This document shows, piece by piece, positions 36,601 through 48,027 of a stretch of DNA of 64,000 bases. The first letter of the stretch is position 1; the number at the start of each line of letters is the position of its first letter. This DNA comes from Lama guanicoe (Eukaryota). The position numbers and the translations under genes were made by a program. The stretch spans positions 1,552,001 to 1,616,000 of the forward strand of contig MU053933.1 in the NCBI GenBank assembly GCA_013239625.1, read 5' to 3'. Below the pieces are notes generated by a model. That model was given only the letters and a program-made list of their open reading frames with translations, did no database searches and had not been told where the DNA came from.

Positions 36601-39600
36601 AGCCAGGTTCTTTCCTGCTGAGGAAGAGGAGAGTGAAGGTGGGATTCCGAAGAGAAAGAGGAAAAAGAAGAAGAAGAACCACCTACGGCCTGAACACTTA
36701 GGGGCCGGTGGTGAGGCCTTGTGCCCAGAGCAGAATGGGAGTGGTGAGCCAGGGGCCCGGCCGGGAAGCGCCCAGAAGATGAGCCTGGCAGAGCTGGGGG
36801 CAGTAGCCGCACCTGGCGCCCAGGAGCGCAGCAGCTCAGAGCAGCCCTCCGTACCCAGCAGGAGGAAACGACCGAGGAAGAGGAGGCTGGGGGTCCAGGT
36901 GGAGAGCGCCAGGTCGGCAGCATCTCCTGAGGAGGGCTTGCCTCCAGGCGGTCCTGTTCAGGGACCAGACCCCCGAGCCTCCCTGGCCGGTGGCGCCCCA
37001 GTCCTGAAGAGGAAGCGGACGCTCGGGGCTCCCCTGGTCAACGGCAATGCCCCCACCACGCTAGCCTGGCCCCTGCCCCGGAGGGAGGCACCTCCAGCCA
37101 GCCCAGCAGATGGAGAGGACTGCCCTGCCGCCCCACCCCAGGGTGGGAAACCGAAGAAAAAGAAGGGGGTGCCTAGCAGACTTGAATGCTGCAACCCGTC
37201 CACACAGAAAACCACCATCCTGAAAAAGAGGAAGAAGATGAAAGAGATGTCGCACTTGGAGCACAGAGGAGCCAGGCTCATCCAGGCTCTGGTGAGGCAG
37301 CCAGGCCGGGGCAGGGGTGCAGGGCCCTGGACGGGGTGGGCCGGGGCACAGTCAGACCCCTGGGCCGGGGAGCCGTCAGTGCTCATAACACCCTGCACCA
37401 GCGGTTACACAGTGGCCCATCTCAGCAGCTTGCTCCCCTCTGCCTCCCCCTCCCCTTTTCCTCCTCTCCTCCCCCCACCTCCCCTCCCCTCCCCCACACC
37501 GGGCTACTCACGCTGCAGAAGGAAGGAAGGAAGGGCCAGCATCAAGCTGGGAGAAGTGTCCCCATGGCCACACAGCCAGATGTGTGTCTCCATCAAACGC
37601 TGGTCTTGTCTTTCCTCTCCGACTCATCGCCATCCTGGGCCCCCCTGGCAGAAGCAGCAGCCCCAGATTCTCTTACCTCACTTACCTTTTTAACAAAAAG
37701 TTTTTTTCCGCTTGGATCTCTAGAGCCAGATGTAAACCAGGAACTGGACCCTGAATCTGCATTTCTGAGTGTCCCCCCCTGGACAGGCAGTGCGTTTGTG
37801 CGGGTGGGGGGCAGACACAGTTTCCCTGGCCCTCCATGGCTGATTCTGCCCCTCCTGGCAGAGTTGAGTAGGGGGTCTGCAGAGCTGGGCGGCTGCTCCC
37901 TGGCCCCCCCACGGCACGGCCCTGACCCTGCCCACGCGTCTGCGTCCCCTGCTTGGCAGTGGTTGTGGTGCAGAGGCCTTTGTTTACAGAGCTCGTGGGG
38001 ACCTGGTGAAACGCTGGTCCAGGCCTCACGGTGCAGGAGCCCCGGGTGGGGAGGCGAGTCATTGATGGTCAGTAGAAGGTCCGTCTGGGGACACAAGTGT
38101 GCGTGGGGGCTCAGGGAGCCTCGTCTGCGGCCCTCCCTGCCCTCCGCGTGCCCTGCGTCACCATCCTCGGCTCTGCAGCCTCTGCCCTTCGATCACTGTT
38201 CACTCGACACTTTTCTTCAGCAAGAGCATGGAGACGTTTCCTCTTCCATGTCTCGTTTCTCAAGCCTCCTGGGGAGGATTGGAGAGGCTGCTAAGTGGGT
38301 CACAGGGTTGAGGGAGGTTTTCCTTGCGAAGGGGCGGCAGAGCTTTCCGTGTCTGTGGCGCCGTGGGGCCTGCAGGGGCCACCACTTCACGGGGCTCCCA
38401 GGACCCTGAGGCCCCAGGACTGACACGAGGTCTGCTGTGGGTGGTGGTCTGCTGTAAAAGCCCCAGCGAGCGTCCTTCGTCCGCCCATCACGGGCCTGCA
38501 GAACTGACAGCATCATGCTGGCTCTTCTGCCAGGCTTTCCGTGGACAGTGTTGTCTTTGATCAGAAATGAGAAAGTGAGTCATTACTGAATAGGAGGCCT
38601 TTGAAAGGCGGAAATTTTCAGAACATGGGTGTAAATCCGCAGATGAGTGAAAATGGGTTCTTGTGGCTGAGCAGCTGGGAGACTTCCAGCCCTCGGCAGG
38701 GTGCCAGTGTGCAGGATGGGGTTTGTGCACAAGGTCTGCACACGGTGTGCACCCACCTGGTACAAGAGAAGGGGGAGGGGTCTGAGATGCTCCAAGTCCT
38801 GTCTCCCGCCCCTGTGCTGTCAGCTTCTGTGTACAAGTGACCCCGCCCTCACCCCTCCTCCCAGGGGAGCAGCGGGGCGCTCAGCCCTTTGAAGAAGAAG
38901 CTGAGAACAGAGAAGGACTTCGTGAAGTTCGACGCCTCCTTCTGCCCAAAGCCCCTGTTCTTCAGGAAGGCCAAGGGCAGCACTGCCACCACCTCGCCGG
39001 GCGCCCCCCTGCAGGTACCCACCCAGCCACCAGGTGTCCCTCTGCTTGCCGTCCCCCTACAGCTGCCCCACGCCCAGATGGTGGGCTCTGCTGCCCTCCT
39101 GACCCACCCCGCCTGCAGCCAGCTTTTCAGCTCTGCTACTGTCCACGGCATGCGGGTCCCTGTTCCAGGAGCGGGGTCAGCTCTGAGGTACGGTCCGTAA
39201 CACCGTTCTGCGTCAGGAGGACAGGGGTGCTGCGTCCTCGAATTCACGAGGCGAGCAGTCAGAGAGCCAGGTGCAGTGGTGGGAGAGGGCTGTCACCGTG
39301 CCCAGGGGATCATGCAGGGTCCAGGAAGGGAGGTGGTGGGAGGTGGTGCAGGTGCAGGCCGGGCCACGGGATGTACATCCCGTTTGCCTCTGGGAGACCG
39401 AGGTCCTGGTGGAGCCGCATGGGGCAGATGCCTGCTTTGGTGGCGGGCATGCCTGGGCTGGCCCTGCAGGGACACCCACAGCAAGTGGACGTGTAAGTGG
39501 CACTGACCTGAAGATATTTAGGGAGATTTGTTAAATGACTCAGGGCTTGCACAGGTCAGATTCCTCTCATGAACTATTGACGTTAAAGCAAAAAGCAATA

Positions 39601-41231
39601 CCAGGTAGAACTCTGGGATTCCCGCAGAAACTTGAGATTCGAAGAAGGAATTTGATAAAGTGCTTCATCGTGCAGAGTGGGTCCACTTCCAGGAATCTGC
39701 CAACTGGGGAACAGTTACTTGATTTTTGATGAGTTGTTGGAATATGCAAGTCAGTTTGGAGTCCTTGTGCACAAAAAGTTGGAAGTGCCTGTCCACTGCC
39801 CGCAGGAGGGAGTCGGGCTCCGGTACCAGGTTCTGGTCCGCTGCGCTCCCCAGGTGGGAGCCCCCGTGCTCCGGCGGTGGGCTTTGTCCTGTTCCAGGCC
39901 CCAGCAGTTTGCTCTGCTTTCGCCCCGGGCGAGGCAGCTTCCTGCCAGGCCTGGCGGAGCTGCTACACAGGCTGGCGGCACCAGGCGTCCTTGGGGACAC
40001 CTCGGCTGTCACTTTAGTCCTTCTGTTGTTCCTCTTCTGCAGGCGAGCAGGACACCGTCCAGCTCCAAGAAGGTGACCTTCGGGTTGAGCAGGAACACGA
40101 CTGCGGGTGAGTGCAGGTCTGCTCCTCGAGGCAGTGGGGTCCGCTCAGCGGAAGAGGGCCTGGGCTGTCCGGGGGCGGGGGCGGGGGTGCAGCGGGCAGG
40201 AGGCGGTGTTCTGGAAGGAGGGCTTTGGTAGAGGACGCCAAGAGACGCTGCCTTCCAGGCTGCCGGCCCGGATTCCAAAGCCGTGTTGGCCTGGGACTAA
40301 GGGTCGGTCAGCTGCAGCCGCCTCCGCTGAGATTCGCAGCCTCCCCGGCCAAGAGAAGGGAAGCGGGGACGCTCTTTTTCTTTTTGTTTTTTTTCTCCCC
40401 CTTGATGGGGGCACCGGGGATGGAGCCCGGGACCTCATGCACGCCGAGCACTGGCTCTGCCGCTGAGCTGTGCCCCCCACCTAGGACACTCTACCTTACT
40501 GCTTTTGGTACTGTTGCGGTTCACTTGTTTTGTTTTGTTTTTTGAAAGGAAACCAACCTTTCTAGAAGTACGTAATGAGTTAGGACTGGCTCATTTTAGG
40601 GACCGAAAGGAAACTGTGTTTGTGCCTGTGTGCGTGCGGTGGGGCAGGGCCCGCTGGGAGGACCTGAGAAGCTCCTGTCTTTGGAGCTGGAGAGAATGGG
40701 AGGAACAGATCTGCCAGGAAGGCAAGGCTCCTCCTGCGGCTGCTCAAGAGCCTAGGCTTCATCCGAGACCCAGACACGGGTTCACTGGGCGTGTTTCATC
40801 CCTGCCCCCGCCCCTAAGAGTGCCTCCTCCAACCGGCCCGCTGGTATCGGGGGGAGGAGCCTCGCCCGGGAGTTCCGCTTTCTCCCAGAGCTCTCAGGCG
40901 CGCTCTGCGGGGCCTGGGGCGGGGCCGCCCTGCTGGCGGGGGCGTCCCGGCCGCCGGGGCCCTCGGGGGCGGGGGTGGCGGCGGGAAGGACGGGCACCGC
41001 GCCCTGTTGACGTGTGCCTTGCTCTCCCCCGGGCCAGAATTCAGGAAGACAGACGAGAGTATCCTGGTCAGCCCCGCAGGCCCCTCCCGGGTGGCCTTCG
41101 ACCCCCAGCAGAGGCCCCTCCACGGGGTCCTGAAGGCCCCCGCGAGCTCGCCAGCCAGCGCCCCGCTGGGGACCAAGAAGCCCCTGGCTGCCACGCCCAG
41201 GAGAGGGCCGGCGGCTGAGGACTTCTTCTGA
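18494..41231 (+). CDS. RRP1B: RRP1B, ribosomal RNA processing protein 1 homolog B (Nop52 domain; PP1-binding nucleolar protein); 16 coding exons, 746 aa
   Basis: Starts [34 protein letters not shown], has Nop52-family motifs ([46 protein letters not shown]), KKVTF and a C-terminal DFF*. Exon lengths 130,83,58,86,62,130,65,182,95,98,20,132,692,150,64,194 sum to 2241 nt with consistent phases. Confidence 0.97.
22680..23932 (-). mobile_element. Relatively young 5'-truncated L1 (ORF2 C-terminus and 3'UTR), antisense in RRP1B intron 1
   Basis: Frameshifted ORF2 C-terminal peptides ([17 protein letters not shown]...[32 protein letters not shown]...[14 protein letters not shown]...[21 protein letters not shown]) and a T-rich tail at 22680. 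Confidence 0.92.
26560..26642 (+). CDS. RRP1B: RRP1B exon 2
   Basis: tttctag|G...CAG|gtaaca; [27 protein letters not shown]. Confidence 0.96.
28166..28223 (+). CDS. RRP1B: RRP1B exon 3
   Basis: ctttgcag|GAG...GCCC|gtaagt; [19 protein letters not shown]. Confidence 0.95.
29392..29477 (+). CDS. RRP1B: RRP1B exon 4
   Basis: cactgcag|AG...ATG|gtgagc; (Q)[28 protein letters not shown]. Confidence 0.96.
29825..29886 (+). CDS. RRP1B: RRP1B exon 5
   Basis: gtctctag|CTG...AAG|gttggt; [20 protein letters not shown](S). Confidence 0.95.
30201..30330 (+). CDS. RRP1B: RRP1B exon 6
   Basis: tttcctttag|C...GAG|gtaaga; [43 protein letters not shown]. Confidence 0.96.
30994..31058 (+). CDS. RRP1B: RRP1B exon 7
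   Basis: ttacag|CTC...GA|gtaagt; [21 protein letters not shown](D). Confidence 0.95.
31170..31255 (-). mobile_element. Camelid-type tRNA-derived SINE
   Basis: tttaatggaggtactggaagttgaacccaggacctc...gctctaccactgagct; flanking aacagct repeats. Confidence 0.85.
31596..31777 (+). CDS. RRP1B: RRP1B exon 8
   Basis: cccccag|C...ACAG|gtgaga; [60 protein letters not shown]. Confidence 0.92.
33240..33334 (+). CDS. RRP1B: RRP1B exon 9
   Basis: ttttgatag|C...CAG|gttggt; (A)[31 protein letters not shown]. The 95-nt length restores phase 0 for exon 10. Confidence 0.85.
33936..34033 (+). CDS. RRP1B: RRP1B exon 10
   Basis: cgcacag|TTT...AA|gtaagt; [32 protein letters not shown](K). Confidence 0.95.
35113..35132 (+). 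CDS. RRP1B: RRP1B exon 11 (20-nt micro-exon)
   Basis: Long pyrimidine tract ttctctttttcag|ATTCCAAGATCTGTCTGAAG|gtgagg; encodes FQDLSE; needed to bridge phase 2 to phase 1. Confidence 0.9.
35933..36064 (+). CDS. RRP1B: RRP1B exon 12 (NAGNAG acceptor; alternative start 35936)
   Basis: gtccagcag tandem acceptor; (A)[43 protein letters not shown]; donor G|gtgagc. Confidence 0.9.
36600..37291 (+). CDS. RRP1B: RRP1B exon 13 (large, low-complexity, basic NLS/NoLS-like clusters)
   Basis: ttttcctag|GA...CTG|gtgagg; (G)[27 protein letters not shown]...[24 protein letters not shown]. Confidence 0.92.
38865..39014 (+). CDS. RRP1B: RRP1B exon 14
   Basis: ctcccag|GGG...CAG|gtaccc; [50 protein letters not shown]. 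Confidence 0.94.
40043..40106 (+). CDS. RRP1B: RRP1B exon 15, contains KKVTF (RVxF-type PP1-docking motif, 40067-40081)
   Basis: cttctgcag|GCG...GCGG|gtgagt; [21 protein letters not shown]. Confidence 0.95.
40376..40483 (-). mobile_element. Camelid-type SINE, strongly GC-shifted copy
   Basis: Colinear with the other copies; flanked by ggacgctct / ggacactct target-site duplication. Confidence 0.85.
41038..41231 (+). CDS. RRP1B: RRP1B exon 16 (coding part, stop TGA 41229-41231)
   Basis: ggccag|AA TTC...; (E)[63 protein letters not shown]. Confidence 0.95.
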
Positions 41232-43770
41232 CCGCAGCAGAGCCCTTTCAAAGACTGCTTTCGCACAGGGTGTTCTAGACATCACGACGTTTAAAAGATG
41301 GGGCCTTTTCATTGCTTTGTAAATTCCCGTGAACTGTCCACGGGGCTCTGAGTGCGAGCTCCGGCACTTCTGTGGCCCCGGCCCTTCCAGCAGGGGCTGC
41401 GGGCAGTGGGCGAAGCCTTTGCTGCCCACGTTGTCCGTGCCGGAGCCCCCGGGGGTCCAGGCAGGGGGTCCCTTCGGTGCCCCGCTGGTGTGGTGGCTGG
41501 GCGCTCAGCTGGGGTCTGAGACCGTTGGCTGCCAGCGTCCGGGCATCCCCGCCAGCCGCCGGCGTGAGCAGCGCTGCCGGGCCTGGGCCCGGGCTAGTTT
41601 TCTGGGGGGTTTTAGTCTAATGGTCTTTCTCCTTTTAAAAGGTGCGCAGGGCCTCGTTCCCACGCCCGTGGGTATTTGGCATCTTGCAACAAGATGAGTC
41701 TGGTCACCACATCAGCAGTGCCACACTTTCTCTGAGTGCACTCACTCAGTAGGGGTGACCCTGTGAGGGGGCAGGAGAGAGGCACCTCTGCCCTCGGGGC
41801 GCCTCCTCCCTCCACCTCGGCCCGGTCTCCTGCCCCGGCCTCCTCCCTCGGGCCAGCCCAGGGCGTACTCAGCGGTGACAGCCGGCACCCCCTCACTCCC
41901 AGCCTGGCCGGCACGCCTGCTTCCAGGCCCTTGTGCTCGGTTACTCTTCGTAAAAAGTGTCTGAGTCCCAACCGGAGTGGCTGGCGGCCCCAGGAGCAGC
42001 TTTCCCACCCCTGATCTGGACTCTGGCTGGGGAGGCGGGGCAGTGCTGCCTGACACCTGCGTGCCCGCCGGAAGCGGGAGACTGCAGCGGCCGCTGAGCT
42101 CTGTCTGCGCTTATTTATTTGTTCATAGCTACCGTTTTTTCGAACATTGACACTTGTACTTACAGATTTTTATAAAGTTATAATTTTAGTTAATTAGTAG
42201 AATTGGGGGTGGGAAAGGCCCAGACCTGAGTTGGAGGAGCGGAGGCACGGCCCCAGCCCCGCCCCGCCCCCTGGGCGCACCGCCTCGCCGCCTCCGTCTT
42301 GAGTTTAGGGGCTGACAGGTTGCAGCCTGAGAGGGGGCAGGGGCGGCGTCTTCGGGGGAGGACGTGGCTTCTCTTGGCTCAGGGGATCCCGGGGAATCTC
42401 GGGCCTCCAGGAAGTGACAGCTGCCTCCTTCCACCCACCTCCCCACGCAGGAACCCTGCTTTCTCGCCAAAACGCCGGGCCAGTCGCCTTGGCTTCCCCA
42501 GTAAAGGACCCCGGCATTGCTTCGGTCATTCTAGCCACGACTGGGGGAGACGGGGAGGCCCACTGGAGTCGCAGGGTTGCGTTGACTTGGCTTTGGTTTC
42601 CTTCGTGACCAGGGTGGCGCCCTCCCTCTGCAAAGACTTGCTGACAGCTTTGTGGGTCAGGTGGGCTGGCCTTCCGGGGGCCCTGGTGGGAAGGAGGACG
42701 GGTGAACTTTGCTCTTTGCCTGCTCTATAATTAAGTTTTGTCATAATTAGGCCATGAGAAAAGAGCCAACACTGTGCTGTTAGCCGCCGTGCCTGAGCGG
42801 CCCTGTGCGCACGCCGGCCTTGCTGTGGTGGTTGCGTGGTTTCCAGCGTGCTGCGTTTGATGTAATACCTTAAATCACATCAAAACCGACACTGACGGTG
42901 TGAAAAGATGAGATTTGGAGAGTCATATATTTTTAACTTTCTGTTTAAAGAAGAAAGTGTCGTTGTCCTTGGTCCAATTATTTTTCTAATAATTTTTATT
43001 TCAGCTTTAAAGAGGGTCCTCTAGCCAAACGGGCCACGTAATCCAGTGATGTTAACTTGTCCTAGCAGGACACCCAAAGGCAAAAGCGGCGCACCTGTTC
43101 TCCAGGTTTGTGCAGGAGCGCCTTCGCTCTGGCTGAGGCGCCAGGGCCTCGGCGTGGCAGTGTGCCTTGGACTCCATCTGTCCTCTAAATCTGTCCTAAC
43201 TTACCCCATTTTGGGGGTGAGAACAGTAGGTTTACTGTGGTTCGTTTTTAATGCCTACATTTTGGCAACAAGAGAAGGAAAAGCAAAAACAATTTTTTAG
43301 AATTCTTACTCCGTGTACTCACCAGAGTGTCACATGAGCAGAATGTATTTAGATGACCGATTTTTCTATTTGATGCATGTTATTTTCCTAAATGAAATCG
43401 CCAGAGGGACTTGGCAGTTTCCCAAAAAAGGAAATAATTTAAATATTTAAATTAATGCTGGTGATCTCACAGTATTTTGTAAGATGCCCATCTCCCCCTG
43501 TGCCCCATAGGACTGATCAGTTTTGTACAATTTGTACCACACTTTACAAATGTACTGTCCTTTCTAACTTCTACTGTACCGTGAGCACAGAGTACAAAAA
43601 AGGTGGGGGCAGTCCCAGTGTTGGAGAGAAGATGAAATCGAATCCGTCGTTTGACTTGCGTGTGTGTGTGTTCTCTGAATTTTCCTGACTCTGACAAGGG
43701 CTGTCTGTCCACAATCAACTCATGTTCATGTCTGCAGGGTTCGTCAGCATGTGTCAAAGCCAAGTCCAGT

Positions 43771-43776
43771 AATAAA
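43771..43776 (+). terminator. Candidate RRP1B polyadenylation signal AATAAA
   Basis: AATAAA ~2.5 kb after the stop, downstream of an AU-rich, TGTA-rich stretch and followed by a T/GT-rich element (tctgtttttgattct). Confidence 0.55.
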
Positions 43777-44214
43777 TCCATAGTTGCCCTCAGATCTCTG
43801 TTTTTGATTCTGACCGTCGGGATGCGCATAACCTGCCTCTCTGGGAACTGCTATGAAGCAGCAGGTGAGGGTGTCGGGTCGGTGGTTAGTGTTTGAGAGC
43901 CGGAGTCTGGGGCACCTGCCCTGTTGTGCGGCCACTGCCAGAGCCGGTGACGGGGCTGCTGGGCACATCTTCCTCTGCGGCTGCTCACGGACGCTCCCGC
44001 TTCTCCATGTCTTTGAGGATGGGCGGGGACCCCGGGCTCCACCCGAGAGAAGTGTTCCCCACTGGCGACCCCCTCCTGCTGGTGATGTCACAGTATTTTG
44101 TAAGATGACCATCTCCCCCTGTGCCCCATCAGACTGATCGGTTTTGTACAGTTTGTACCACACTTTACAAATGTACTGTCCTTTCTAACTTTTACTGCAC
44201 CGTGAGCACAGAGT

Positions 44215-44220
44215 ATTAAA
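44215..44220 (+). terminator. Candidate distal polyadenylation signal ATTAAA inside the duplicated block
   Basis: ATTAAA is present only in the second copy of the 156-bp duplication, preceded by four TGTA motifs. Confidence 0.3.
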
Positions 44221-47200
44221 AAGGTGGGGGCAAATGGACCCCCTCCTGTTACCCAGCCTGGCCCGCCCGGCCGGCGGTGGGGCAGGCAGAACACAGCCTT
44301 TGTGCCCTTCGCTTTGATGTTCCCTCAGCGAACCCCGATGTGCTTTGGATCCCACACAGGGTCACTTAACTCATAAAGTAATACCTAGAATCCAGGAAGG
44401 CACCCCCTGCACGTGTCCTGCCCTCACCCCAGTCCCAGCTGCAGGACCCTGAGGCTTTGGTCACATGACACTGCCTTTGCTCACCCCTCCCTGCAGCGAG
44501 GGGCATGCTTCCAGGTCAGTCTCTTGCTGTTCTAGGCAGAGCTCAGGTGTCAGCTGAGGTGTCCAGTCTGCAGCTCCCTGAGGTGCATGCAGATTCCCAG
44601 CAGGGTCTGTTCTCAGGGACACCCAGGCTCCGCTGTTCGCCTTTGCCCGGTTCTTGTTCTCCATTCCTTCCCCCGATGTGGGGCATGAGGCCTCGTCCTG
44701 CTCCCCTGCCCCAAGACACTGCAGGCATCGGGAGCAGAACTGTTCTGAAGGTTTAGGGTTAGGGGCGGGTCTAGGTCACCCCCAACAACCTGAAGTCACG
44801 CTGGAAACACGTCATTTTTCAGAGTGGGGTTTCTGGGGATGTCACACCATTTCCATGCCTCTGGCTCTGAGCCTGGGGTGGACCGGTGCCCATGCTCCCA
44901 CCCACGGTCTCGTGGATACAGTTCAGCTCCACCCAGCAGCCCCTCCCCGCGTGCTCAGCAAGGGGGGCCCCCCCTTCCTACACTGCAGACAACAGCCTCG
45001 CCTGTGGCTGGAGCCACCCTCCTTAGAAGGCACCACAGAACACTGACAATGTATCCTCTCTCTCCATCACTCAGTCTGCAAGTGCTGAGCGCCTGCCGTG
45101 TGCGGGCCCTGTTCTGTGCTCCCTGCCGCGGCCGCAACAGCGCAGACAAAAGCAGTACCCCGACGAAGCTGGCCCACTGGGGACAGCAGGTGACCCTGCA
45201 AGCTATGTCAGCTGGGGACAAGAGCCCCAAATGGGAGAAAACAAAGTGGGGAGAAGGCCAGGAGTGCATCAGGGCCAAGTACTGTCTTGTGAGTGATAAG
45301 CCCCCACCCGCAGGTCTGGCCAGTTTTGTAAGATCGGTGTCAGACTTCACAAACGTATTGCCCTTCTCAGTTTCTAATGAACTTAAAGCACAAAGAAACA
45401 TAAAGACAATCTGGAAGCAGTTGCTAGTTTTATAAAGTGTTGGGAAGAATATTAAATTGAAACTTAATTTTTATGTTTTGTCTTTTTTACCTGACTGCGG
45501 AGCAAGGACTATTTACAAGAAGGTAACATTTGAACAGAGATGAAAAGACTGAAAAATGAGCCATGGACATATATAGAGCAAGTATCGAAAGCAGAAGACA
45601 CAGCACGTACAAAGGCCCTGGGGCAGGGGCGTGTGCAGTGAGTTCAAAGAGCAGCGAGGAGAGGTGGGGCCTGGAGAATGGCCACATGACGGGCTCAGGG
45701 AAACCTCTCCCAGGAGAGGCCTGGTGTGCTGCTCAAAACTGGCAGACAGTCATCCAGAGTCCCAAAAGACAGCACAGGGCTCAGCTCAAATTAAGAAGCA
45801 TTTATTCAGTAACATCTGCAGAAGCCGAGAACAGAGGAGGCCATGTCGGTCAAACGAGGGGCTGCACCCAGAGCCCCGCCTTGCAGAGCCGGCTTCAGTG
45901 GGTTGGCACTGGGGCCCCCTCCCCCGGCCTCCCTGGGATGCAAGAGCCTTTCCACATGGCCTTGTAGACCCAGCAGCTGATGAGTAACTTCACCGCTTCC
46001 ACAGCTGCCCTGGAACACAGAGAGGGCCGGAGGCGGGTGAGGGCTGCCTAGGCGCTGTGAGGGCGCGCCTTCTGAAATGCAGACAGAGGGGGACCCTGCC
46101 ACTTGGAGCAAAAGCCTGTGTCTCTGCAGCCCCAGGGAGATGTGGGGGCTTCTCCCAGGGGGACCCCCTCCTGCCAGGCTCTGCTTTACAGAAGCCACTG
46201 CATCTAGTCCTCACTGCTTCCTGGAGGGTGAGTTCCAGGATGAGTCCACGGTCACAGACGGGAAAGGAGGCTTGGAGATGTCGGGCTCTGGCCTAGACCT
46301 CACAGCTCGCACGTGGCTGATCCCAGCTCCCCCATCTGCGGAGCCCAGGTACCCCCCACCCCAACGCCGCCAGGCCCTGGCCCCGCCATGTAGTTAAGGG
46401 TTAGGACCCCCAGACCCCCAGGCTTCAGACACAAACAGTGGGAGATGCGCTGGTGCAGAGACCAGTGTTAGCCTGGGTCCCTGGACGTAGAAGCTTCCTC
46501 AGTCAATATTTGCTGAACTGAATCAACCCAGTTGCAAACCTACAAGAGCAAAGGGGTTCCTTCGCTCTGCATCCACCAGGTTCAGGCTGGAGGAATCCTG
46601 CCAGGGCCCTCAGCTTCAGCACTCCCCGTGGCCTTGAAGTTTCTGAGCTACGTGTGAGCAGAGCAAACAGCCCCGCCGATTCTGGAGGCACGCCGTGCAG
46701 AGCGAGCTGACACCGACCCGGCCAAGGGTTGGCTTAGATTCCTCTCAGCTGAACCCTCTCAGGGAAAATGATGGACGGCATGGTGTTCTATCGCAGACAC
46801 TCGGGCCTGCCCCAACAGGGCGCCGTCCCCCAGAAGTGCCCCTCCTCCAGCACAAATCATCGTCTGCCTTTGCCTCCAAGCTGCGGATCTACTTGGGACC
46901 TCGGGGGTCCGTAAACTCTGGAATTAGCGCACGGGCAGCAGACACGTATGTGGCTGGATTGCCTAAGAAGTCGCCAAAACTCTGGGATAAACTGTTATTT
47001 CACCAACCCTCCCCCAACTAAATCTCACTTTTCTATAAATGAAACTTAAGCCAAGTCCAAGTTTTGTTTAAAAGCACAGCACGAACGCAGGACTGCGGCG
47101 GGGCTGGCGCTGCTTCCTGAGCCTGCAGCGCCTCCCGGAACCAAGTCTGACGCCGGCCTGAGCGTCCTGCGGTGATGCCGCTGGGGGACTGGGAGCTGGG

Positions 47201-47473
47201 GACGCCCAGCCCCCCACCCCGTGCCACCTGCCCACGTGGCGCAGCTGCGGGCGGACCTACAGCCCCCACCCCGCGAACGCTCAGTAAGGAAGGAGCCCGC
47301 AGAGGCTGGCGAAGGCGGAGGCCAGCCCATGCCTCCTTTCTGAGGAAAGCCAGGACCTGGGTGTCAGGTAGACCTGGTCTTCAGTTCATTTACAAAACAG
47401 ACTGGCCTTTGGACCAGGCACCGTCACCCCCAGCCTGGCAAGGAGAAGGCCCAAGGCCACTCGCTGTGGGGCT

Positions 47474-48027
47474 TGTGAAATAAAATTCAGAGTTTATGGC
47501 AAGACAAGAAAAATGTAAACATGAAGCATTCTCTGCCCTTCGGCCTCCTCTCTCCGCTCACTGTGCACCGTGTGTCTGCGTTAATGCGCCCACCACACAG
47601 CCCCACCGTCGGCAGAAACTCCGGCTCGCCCTCACCAGCAGGGCAGCTCCTGAACATTCCTTCCTGGTCTTGCTAGGAGCCACGGTGACTCTTAGATCTG
47701 GGTTGTGCGTAAACTGTCAAGAGAACGTCATTTGATGTGTGGCCCTTTGTCTCATAAACTTCTACAAATATGCCTTTATTTGGCAGGGGAGTAATTGGGC
47801 TTTTTATTTACTTTTTTAATGGAGGTACCGGGGGTTGAACCCAGGACCCCGTGCATGCTAAGCACACGCTCTGCCACTGAGCTCCACACCCGCCGTGCCT
47901 TTATTTCTAAGGGGTGGAACAGTTCTGAGTTTTCTGAGATGCTGTTCTCAGGTTATAATCCTCAGATTTAGCTTGAATGAAGTTTTCCATTTCTTTTTTA
48001 GATTGATGGATTTATTTTTCATTGACA
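47474..48027 (+). mobile_element. ERV1-type solo LTR with internal SINE (47782-47895)
   Basis: TG...CA termini and perfect 4-bp TSD GGCT (47470-47473 / 48028-48031). The SINE is flanked by TSD tgcctttattt. Same family as 61577-62872. Confidence 0.85.

Larger units (their letters stand above)
40100..42500. other. Intragenic CpG-rich island over RRP1B intron 15, exon 16 and proximal 3'UTR
   Basis: Dense CpG and GC runs, e.g. 40860-41000 and 42240-42360. Confidence 0.6.
43456..44232 (+). repeat. Direct duplication of 156 bp (43456-43611 and 44077-44232)
   Basis: Ungapped alignment by eye, about 10 mismatches. Confidence 0.95.

Noticed and set aside
36425..37693. 422-aa ORF as a stand-alone gene
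   Set aside because: It is RRP1B exon 13 (36600-37291) plus read-through into flanking introns; good splice sites delimit the real exon.
37186..38409. 407-aa plus-strand ORF, the longest non-RRP1B frame
   Set aside because: Lies mostly in GC-rich RRP1B intron 13, out of frame with exon 13. The peptide is Pro/Ser/Gly/Leu-rich with no recognisable domain; long ORFs are expected where stop codons are depleted.
43456..43611. Duplicated H/ACA snoRNA (size ~150 nt, ACA near the 3' end)
   Set aside because: I could not find an ANANNA H box between two hairpins, and it lies in a 3'UTR rather than an intron; an Rfam/snoReport scan would settle it.
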